Source of the DNA: an uncultured bacterium
Lineage (GTDB): Bacteria; Verrucomicrobiota; Verrucomicrobiia; CAIQCK01
Assembly: GCA_903870275.1 (NCBI GenBank)
Contig: CAIQCK010000101.1
Location: 13,141-77,140 of the forward strand
Direction: 5' to 3'
Length of the DNA: 64,000 nucleotides
Shown here: one piece after another, positions 57,589 through 64,000 of the stretch
How the letters are laid out: every line of letters begins with the position of its first letter
Position numbering within the stretch: position 1 is the stretch's first letter
The notes under the pieces: model-generated
What the model was told of the DNA's origin: nothing
The model's input: only the letters and a program-made list of their open reading frames with translations
Database searches by the model: none
Program-made: the position numbers and the translations under genes

Positions 57589-59049
57589 ATGAAATCCCCT
57601 GCCCATCCCCACTCGGTTCTTGCCACTGTTTCAATCGCGCTGCTCTTGACCATCGCGTCCGGTTCCGCCGCGCCCACCCCAAAAACCCCGCCGCTACGCG
57701 CCGGCGCCGCCGCCGTGGACATCACGCCGAAACAATTCCCGCTCAACATGCCGGGCGGTTTCAGCGCAAATATGGCCGACGGCGCGAACGATCCACTCCA
57801 TGCCCGCGCGCTGGTGCTTGACGATGGTTCGACCACCCTCGCGATGGTCGTCGTGGACAATCTCGGCGTGCCCCCCGAAGCCGCCAATGATGCGAGAGCC
57901 CTCGCCTCCCAGCGCTGCGGCATCAAGCCGGAGAAAATCCTGATCTGCGCCACGCACACGCACTCTGCCCCCTACTGCAACGCAACCAACGGCCCCGCCC
58001 CGGCCGTGGCATACCGGAAACTCTTCGTCGAAGGCGTCGCCGAGTCCATCGTCCGCGCCCACGCCGCGCTTCGGCCTGCCGCGGTCGGCGCCGCCGCACG
58101 TCCGCTGCCGGATGAGGTTTTTAACCGCCGCTGGTTTCTCAAACCGGGCAAGATGCCGTTGAATCCCTTCGGCAAACTGGACCAGGCGAAAATGAATCCC
58201 GACAACAGTCCCGATGTGCTCGACCACCCCGCGGGCCCCACTGACCCCGACATCACCGTGCTTTCCGTCCAGGACCCGAAGCGCAAACAGATCGCCCTTT
58301 TTGCCAACTATTCGCTTCATTATGTTGGCGGTACACCGAAAGGCATGGTTTCCGCCGACTACTACGGCGAGTTTGCCCGATTGATGCCCTCGCGCCTTCC
58401 CGGCGATGGCAGGCTTGTTGCCATGATGTCCAACGGCACTTCAGGCGACATCAACAACATCCCGTTTGGCTCCAGCCGCCCGCCACGCGAGCCGTTCGAG
58501 CAAATTCGCATCGTGGCACAACAAGCGGCCGACACAGCTTGGACTGCATGGAAAAGCATCAGCTCGTATCAGTCCAGCCCGCGCCTCGGCATGGTGCAAC
58601 GCGAGGTCACGCTCAAGTATCGCCGCCCCACCGCCGAACAGGTCGCCGCGGCCCGGGCCGTGCTCGCCATCAAGGATAAAGCAGAGCGCGAGAAGCTGCC
58701 GCGTCTCGCCGAGAATTACGCCCGCAGCACCATCTCTGCCGCCGAGCGCAAAGAGGACACGATCACGGTCATTCTTCAAACCATCCGCGTCGGCGATCTG
58801 GCCGTGTGCGGCATTCCCTTCGAGGCTTTTTGCGAGATCGGCCTCGACCTGAAGAAGCGCAGTCCGTTCCCGCGCACAATGGTCATCGGCCTCGCCAATG
58901 GCCGGCACGGTTATCTGCCAACGCCCGAACAGCACAAGCTCGGCGGCTACGAAACCTGGATCGGCACATGCAGCGTCCAGGAAGACGCCTCCGTCATCCT
59001 CACCAACAACTTGCTCGAAATGCTCGCGGAACTGGCGAAGGCAGACTGA
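57589..59049 (+). CDS. neutral/alkaline ceramidase-like hydrolase (paralog 2), secreted
   Basis: Signal peptide. ..LICATHTHSAPY.. (ceramidase GxHxHSGP-type motif). Paralogous to 35467..36876. Confidence 0.55.
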   Translation: MKSPAHPHSVLATVSIALLLTIASGSAAPTPKTPPLRAGAAAVDITPKQFPLNMPGGFSANMADGANDPLHARALVLDDGSTTLAMVVVDNLGVPPEAANDARALASQRCGIKPEKILICATHTHSAPYCNATNGPAPAVAYRKLFVEGVAESIVRAHAALRPAAVGAAARPLPDEVFNRRWFLKPGKMPLNPFGKLDQAKMNPDNSPDVLDHPAGPTDPDITVLSVQDPKRKQIALFANYSLHYVGGTPKGMVSADYYGEFARLMPSRLPGDGRLVAMMSNGTSGDINNIPFGSSRPPREPFEQIRIVAQQAADTAWTAWKSISSYQSSPRLGMVQREVTLKYRRPTAEQVAAARAVLAIKDKAEREKLPRLAENYARSTISAAERKEDTITVILQTIRVGDLAVCGIPFEAFCEIGLDLKKRSPFPRTMVIGLANGRHGYLPTPEQHKLGGYETWIGTCSVQEDASVILTNNLLEMLAELAKAD

Positions 59050-59117
59050 ACCTGCGGCAGGATGTGACGACGATTCGCTTGCGGTTGTCCTTCTATCCGC
59101 GTCCCGAATAACGACGG

Positions 59118-60155
59118 TTATTTCTTCGCAGCGGCGGCGGCCTTGGCCTTGGCTTGATTCGCGGCAATAAATGCGTCCCAGTCTTTTTTGACCTCCGGAG
59201 CCTGGATAAAGAGATAATCGCGCTCGGTCTTTTGCGCCATCTGCACGTCCTTCATGAGTTGCTTATACTTCGCGTCTTCGCTGGCGAGCCGTTTCTTCTC
59301 CGCATCCGCCTTCGGACCTTTGCGATTGACGACCGGGAACGCCTTCGCGAGGGCTTCCATGGCGGTGCCGCGCACGTCCACCAGCGACTTGAATTTCTCG
59401 TCGGACTTCATCAGCCGGTCGCGGGCCTTTACCTCGGCCGCCATATATGCGTCCTGCGGATTGCCCGAGCGATCAATGGCGGGCCGCGCGGTCTGGCGCA
59501 CAAAGAGTTTGGCTTTCTCCGCCGGCCAGGATGGGCTGGGTGTGGCGCTCCAGAGCTTCACGTTGTCGAACTGCGCCGCCCCGATCACCGCGAATAAGAG
59601 ATCCGTCTTCTCCTTGTTGATGCCGGGGTGCGAGCCGCAGAGGAAGATTGTGTCGTCCACGCGGGCCAGCATCTCCTCGCCGTTGAGTTCCACGATCATC
59701 GTGTGCCAGATATCCGGAGCGAGCGTGGCGCCTGTTTCGTCGAGGATGGGCGAATAGCTGCGGGGGTCTTTGCGATCCGCGTTCTTATACATGACCAGCG
59801 AATTGGGCCGAATCTGGATGTAGCTGTTGTGGCCGCCCGCGTCGTTGAGACCGAAGTGGATCCGGGAATCGCCTTTGATCATGAAGGAAAACTGCGCCAC
59901 CCCCGTGATACAGGCGAACGGCGTTTTGATCACGGCGGCGTGATGATCCTCGGGGCGTTCGGCGCCGATAAGCGCGCCGTTTTCGATTGTCCAGCCGCCA
60001 ATGGCCACTTTCCACTTGTTGGTGTCGAGGCTGCCGCTGAACGACTCGTCAAGCAAACACGCGCCCCGTTGAACCATGAGCGGCTGCACATCCCCCGCCA
60101 AGGCTGCCGCCGTGCCAACCAACAGTGAAACCGAAAGCGTAATCATGTTGTTCAT
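59118..60155 (-). CDS. secreted ConA-like lectin/glucanase-domain (DUF1080-like) protein with Lys/Ala-rich coiled-coil tail
   Basis: Signal peptide. About 200-aa beta-sandwich (..W....GGW..ENGAL.., ..DNVKLW..). C-terminal about 120 aa is K/A/E-rich and helical. Confidence 0.5.
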   Translation of the reverse strand: MNNMITLSVSLLVGTAAALAGDVQPLMVQRGACLLDESFSGSLDTNKWKVAIGGWTIENGALIGAERPEDHHAAVIKTPFACITGVAQFSFMIKGDSRIHFGLNDAGGHNSYIQIRPNSLVMYKNADRKDPRSYSPILDETGATLAPDIWHTMIVELNGEEMLARVDDTIFLCGSHPGINKEKTDLLFAVIGAAQFDNVKLWSATPSPSWPAEKAKLFVRQTARPAIDRSGNPQDAYMAAEVKARDRLMKSDEKFKSLVDVRGTAMEALAKAFPVVNRKGPKADAEKKRLASEDAKYKQLMKDVQMAQKTERDYLFIQAPEVKKDWDAFIAANQAKAKAAAAAKK

Positions 60156-60318
60156 GGCGTGTAGTCCTAACGCAATTGGGAATTCCCGTAAACAACTGTT
60201 TCTGGGGTCGCGGTGTCTGGCTCGTTGGTCGGGGTTCCGGTGTCATCGTTGGCCAAGCCGCGGGCAAGCATTTTCTGGTGGCGCGCGGACGGCGGGCGGT
60301 GGCACGCTGCGGCTTGCC

Positions 60319-61884
60319 ATGAAGAAGCTTTGCATCCTCTCTCTCGCCGTTATCTTGCTGGCGCCGCTGGTCGCGATGGCTGAGGAAGCCACGATCCGGG
60401 GCGAACCGATCATCAAGGATGATTTTGAGCGATGTACGCCCAAGGACAAGATCCTGAACGACGAGAACCGGTCCGGTTTCTGGAACCTCCGCTACAAGAC
60501 CTGGGGCGACAACAACCTGCTTTACGGCAACCCGGCCGCGCCGGACATCGCTTACGATCCGGCGCTGAAAGGTTTCTATGATGTTGAAGTGGAATCCCGC
60601 GCCACCGACCGCGCGGGCGGCTTCGGTTTGAGATTGTCATCGGAGGCGGAGTTTACTGTTCTCCATGTGCCCAACGAAGGCGCGACCCCACAAAAGCACT
60701 TCAACGTCTGGCTGCCGTTCCGGAAAAACGTCAGGCTGGATAACGAGAAACTCATCATCCGTTACACCGGCAAAGCCGCCCACATTGATGCGTTCAAGTT
60801 CATCCCCATCGGCCGATTCACCAAATTCCGGCCGCTGGCCGCAAACGAGCCGGGTCCTTCCACCGGGGTGATCTGCAAAGAGATGGGCCGATACATTGGA
60901 TGGCCGACTATCGCCAGAACTTCCAAAGGCGAGTTGATCGTGACCTTCTCCGGGGATCGCGACGCGCATGTCTGCCCCTGGGGAAAAACCCAGATGGTCC
61001 GCTCCGCCGACAACGGTAGAACGTGGTCCGATGTTGTCACCATCAACAACACGCCGCTGGACGACCGGGACACCGGCGTCATTGAAACAAGCAAGGGCAC
61101 CCTGCTTGTCAGTTGGTTCACGTCGCTCTACTTCGAGCGGCCGGGCATCCTGCGGGATTCGTGGCGGCAGCACGCGGCCAAGATCGGCCCGGAAACCCGC
61201 AAGCAATGGCTCGGCACCTGGGTGCGCCGCTCCGAAGACAACGGCAAGACGTGGGGCGTTCCGACAAGGACCTCCGGCTCCGCCCCGCACGGCCCGATTC
61301 CGTTGAAGGACGGCCGGTTGATTTATGTCGGCACGGGTGACGGCCCCGGCCCCTCCGATCGCGTCGTCGTGGAGGAATCGAAAGACGACGGCGTCACGTG
61401 GCAGCAAATCGCCAAGGTGTCGTCGCCGCCTTCCTTTTACGCGGATGAACCGCACGTCGTAGAGTGTAGCAACGGCCGGCTCGTGGCTATGTTTCGGAAT
61501 GAACACCCGGATGAATCCCAGCGGTTCCTCGGCCAATCGGAAAGCGAGGACGGCGGCCGGACTTGGAGCATGATTCACCGTATCGAGATATGGGGCTATC
61601 CGCCGCATCTCACCCGGTTGAACGACGGACGGTTGCTGATGGTTTACGGACACCGCCGCCAGCCCTTTGGCCAGCGCGCCTGCCTTTCCCGCGACGACGG
61701 CCGGACGTGGGACCTTAAGAACGGGATTGCGCTCGTGGACAATGCGCCGGACGGCGATCTCGGTTATCCGGCTTCCGCGCAACTCGGCGACGGAACCATC
61801 CTGACCATTTACTATCAGAAGGATCAGCCCGCTGAGAAACCGTGCCTGATGGGCACGCACTGGCGCCTGCCTGCAGCGAGATAA
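60319..61884 (+). CDS. BNR-repeat exo-alpha-sialidase-like glycoside hydrolase (GH33-like), secreted
   Basis: Signal peptide MKKLCILSLAVILLAPLVAMA. Five Asp-box motifs (SADNGRTW, SEDNGKTW, SKDDGVTW, SEDGGRTW, SRDDGRTW) preceded by an N-terminal beta-sandwich. The ORF extends back to 60076. Confidence 0.75.
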   Translation: MKKLCILSLAVILLAPLVAMAEEATIRGEPIIKDDFERCTPKDKILNDENRSGFWNLRYKTWGDNNLLYGNPAAPDIAYDPALKGFYDVEVESRATDRAGGFGLRLSSEAEFTVLHVPNEGATPQKHFNVWLPFRKNVRLDNEKLIIRYTGKAAHIDAFKFIPIGRFTKFRPLAANEPGPSTGVICKEMGRYIGWPTIARTSKGELIVTFSGDRDAHVCPWGKTQMVRSADNGRTWSDVVTINNTPLDDRDTGVIETSKGTLLVSWFTSLYFERPGILRDSWRQHAAKIGPETRKQWLGTWVRRSEDNGKTWGVPTRTSGSAPHGPIPLKDGRLIYVGTGDGPGPSDRVVVEESKDDGVTWQQIAKVSSPPSFYADEPHVVECSNGRLVAMFRNEHPDESQRFLGQSESEDGGRTWSMIHRIEIWGYPPHLTRLNDGRLLMVYGHRRQPFGQRACLSRDDGRTWDLKNGIALVDNAPDGDLGYPASAQLGDGTILTIYYQKDQPAEKPCLMGTHWRLPAAR

Positions 61885-61905
61885 GAATCGGGAACAGACC
61901 TTGCG

Positions 61906-62910
61906 ATGAAACCAGTCCGTCTCACCCTCATTGCTCTATTGCTGGCCCCGCTGGCCGCGCTTCATGCGGCTGAGCCTGACTGGGTGTTGGAAACCAAGGC
62001 GGCGGGTTGGCAGGCGCGCGACTCTCAGGGCGAGTTTGCGTTCCGCGACCGGCTCTGGATCATGGGCGGATGGTTCAACTCCAATGAGGCCCCGCCGCGT
62101 GATGTGTGGTCTTCGGCGGACGGCCGCGTGTGGAGTCTCGTCACCCAATGTGCGCCGTGGATTCATAGCGATCTGCCGATGGCCATCGTCTTCAAAAACC
62201 GCATGTGGATGATGGGCGGATGGTATAACGGCCGATTGCCAGGACACTCGGCCAGCCACCAGGTCTGGTGGTCCACCGACGGCGCGAACTGGCAGCAGGC
62301 CACGGCCGCCGCCGGTTGGTCGCCGCGCATCGCAGCCGCCATCGTGGAGTTTCGCGGCCGCATGTGGATACTCGGCGGCACGGAGAACTATTACTTTGGC
62401 GATGAGAAGAGCCTGAAGAACGACGTGTGGTCATCCGCTGACGGCAAAGAGTGGAAACAGGAAATCGCACAGGCCCCCTGGTCGCCGAGGGCTTATCATC
62501 AGGCGGTGGTGTTGAACGATAAGATATATGTCCTTGGCGGCGGCAACTATGTCCCCGCATACCACGCGAAGAACGACGTGTGGTCGTCCAGCGATGGCGT
62601 GCATTGGGTTTGCGAAACGGAATCGGCCCCGTGGCAGCCGCGCCTGTGGTTCTCCGCCGCAGTGTATCGCGGCCACATGTGGGTGCTCGGCGGCTGGTGC
62701 AAGGAAAAGGACAACTACGGCGACGTTTGGCACTCGGCCGACGGCAAAACGTGGCAGCGATTGGAAACGAAAACATGCTGGAAGGCGCGGCATGAGCACT
62801 CGGTCTTTGTTTTTCAGGACAAACTCTGGATCGCCGGCGGTCACGCGCGTCCCCTTTCCAGCGAGGTCTGGTCACTATATCTGCCGCCAAATTTCTGCGC
62901 ACAACCATGA
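61906..62910 (+). CDS. secreted Kelch-repeat beta-propeller protein
   Basis: Signal peptide. Six repeats of ..R.W.MGGW....DVWSS.DG..W.. (Kelch/galactose-oxidase-like blades). Confidence 0.65.
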   Translation: MKPVRLTLIALLLAPLAALHAAEPDWVLETKAAGWQARDSQGEFAFRDRLWIMGGWFNSNEAPPRDVWSSADGRVWSLVTQCAPWIHSDLPMAIVFKNRMWMMGGWYNGRLPGHSASHQVWWSTDGANWQQATAAAGWSPRIAAAIVEFRGRMWILGGTENYYFGDEKSLKNDVWSSADGKEWKQEIAQAPWSPRAYHQAVVLNDKIYVLGGGNYVPAYHAKNDVWSSSDGVHWVCETESAPWQPRLWFSAAVYRGHMWVLGGWCKEKDNYGDVWHSADGKTWQRLETKTCWKARHEHSVFVFQDKLWIAGGHARPLSSEVWSLYLPPNFCAQP

Positions 62911-64000
62911 AACAAATCATCTCCCTGACTCTCGCCGCGCTGCTGCTGGCTCTGGCGGTCGCCGCCAGTCCAACCCAGGCGCAAACACCCAGGAAACTTC
63001 TTCCGGCCAATTGGGACGCCAAACAAGCCGCGGACCGCGTGATGGACGGCCTCGTCAACATCTCCGCTCCGCAGGTCAAAGGCGCGCATGATGCGGGCAT
63101 CGTCATCGTGAACGACAAGGCCTATGTCGTCGCGATTTGCAACGACGTGCAGCCGGGCGAAAACCCCGAGTGGGCCTTCTGCTACGTGAGCATGTCCGTG
63201 GTGAACGTGAAGACGCGGACGGTGGAGAAGTTCATCCCGGTTGCCAAATCGGAGCAAGTGTTCGAGAACGAAACGCTGCCCTCCGGTGCGTGCTTTGTGC
63301 CGCGCATCTTCGGAATAAACGCGCGGACGCTGCGCTGCTTCTTCGCCAGCGAAGCGCCGAAACTCCGCCAGGCGCAGGTGTGGTTCACCGACTTCAATCT
63401 CCAGAGCGGCGCTTTTGAGAACCGCATTCATCGCGCGAAGCTCAAGATGGCGAATGGCGTCTTCGACATGCAGCCGAAACCGTTCTACGACGATGCCGCG
63501 GCGCATGGCTTTACCCATGAGCCGAAGGATTACGGCTTGTATCTCATTGACGCCTTCAAGGCCTTCGATGGAAAAACCTACGCGGTCCTCAACAACTTCG
63601 CCGCCGGCCAGGACGCGCTCGCGCTCTTGAATCCGGACATGGACACCTTTGAAGTGCTTGGCCACTACAACGAGCCGCACGGTTTGAAGCTTACCGAGTC
63701 GGCTGTAAACCGTCTGCCGGACAGCACGTGGATGGCGATCTGCCGGCAGGAAGGCGGCAACAAGAACTACACCTTCACCACGAGCAAAGACGGCAGGACT
63801 TGGACGCCCGGCGAGCACCGCGACTTCGTGCCGAACGGCGGCAGCTCGAAGCCGACCTTTGACCGCTTCAAGGGCGTCTATTATCTCGGCTGGCAGGAGA
63901 GCACGCGCATCGCCGGCGTCGGGCGTTCCGTGTTCAACATCGAAGTCTCCGCCGACGGCATAAACTGGGAGCGCAAGTATCGCTTCGAATCCGCGAAAAC
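62907..64000 (+). CDS. secreted BNR/sialidase-like protein (partial, runs off window end)
   Basis: ATG overlaps the previous stop (ATGA). Signal peptide MKQIISLTLAALLLALAVAA. Asp-box-like SKDGRTWT and SADGINWE. The frame stays open to 64000. Absent from the supplied ORF track because it lacks a stop within the window. Confidence 0.6.
   Translation, partial: MKQIISLTLAALLLALAVAASPTQAQTPRKLLPANWDAKQAADRVMDGLVNISAPQVKGAHDAGIVIVNDKAYVVAICNDVQPGENPEWAFCYVSMSVVNVKTRTVEKFIPVAKSEQVFENETLPSGACFVPRIFGINARTLRCFFASEAPKLRQAQVWFTDFNLQSGAFENRIHRAKLKMANGVFDMQPKPFYDDAAAHGFTHEPKDYGLYLIDAFKAFDGKTYAVLNNFAAGQDALALLNPDMDTFEVLGHYNEPHGLKLTESAVNRLPDSTWMAICRQEGGNKNYTFTTSKDGRTWTPGEHRDFVPNGGSSKPTFDRFKGVYYLGWQESTRIAGVGRSVFNIEVSADGINWERKYRFESAK

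Overview
High-GC (~60-65%) chromosomal segment. Gene content (Tat-signal Gfo/Idh/MocA oxidoreductases, DUF1080/ConA-like hydrolases, HEAT-repeat proteins, many signal-peptide glycoside hydrolases, no SusC/SusD) suggests a PVC-superphylum (Verrucomicrobia/Planctomycetes-like) genome; this is inference only. Layout: (1) 1-5 kb: putative sugar-acid catabolic genes (HpcH-type aldolase, SDR) convergent with a minus-strand operon (MFS transporter, two Cys/His-rich unknowns, Kelch propeller). (2) 5-11.3 kb: two large divergent secreted glycoside-hydrolase-like genes ending at a frameshifted tyrosine-integrase remnant next to tRNA-Leu(UAG), i.e. a decayed integrative element. (3) 11.4-22.9 kb: housekeeping/miscellaneous genes (bactofilin, peroxiredoxin, trypsin-like protease, nadD-rsfS, tRNA-Lys, tRNA-Tyr, DUF1080, TPR, gluconolactonase), interspersed with unusual heptanucleotide-period repeat arrays. 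(4) 22.9-29.2 kb: two Tat-exported Gfo/Idh/MocA oxidoreductases, the second in an operon with a HEAT-repeat protein and preceded by an 880-nt structured leader that carries a near-consensus sigma70 promoter. (5) 29.6-31.2 kb: a lower-GC IS630-family insertion. (6) 31.3 kb to the window end (>32 kb, almost all plus strand): a dense CAZyme locus with GH-like TIM barrels, GH31, GH36, two or three BNR/sialidase-like proteins, two tandem beta-helix paralogs (one fused to an esterase), three esterases, two neutral-ceramidase-like paralogs, an HGSNAT-like acetyltransferase, a creatininase-family protein, Kelch and ConA-like proteins and a Cys-rich Tat protein. No CRISPR, rRNA or canonical defence system was seen. 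Three observations stand out: 7-nt tandem repeats inside the N-terminal coding region of both beta-helix paralogs (possible phase variation); inverted heptamer arrays flanking a membrane-protein gene with an empty copy 2.5 kb away; and a shared palindromic motif upstream of two CAZyme operons. All family assignments are motif-level recognition without database searches.
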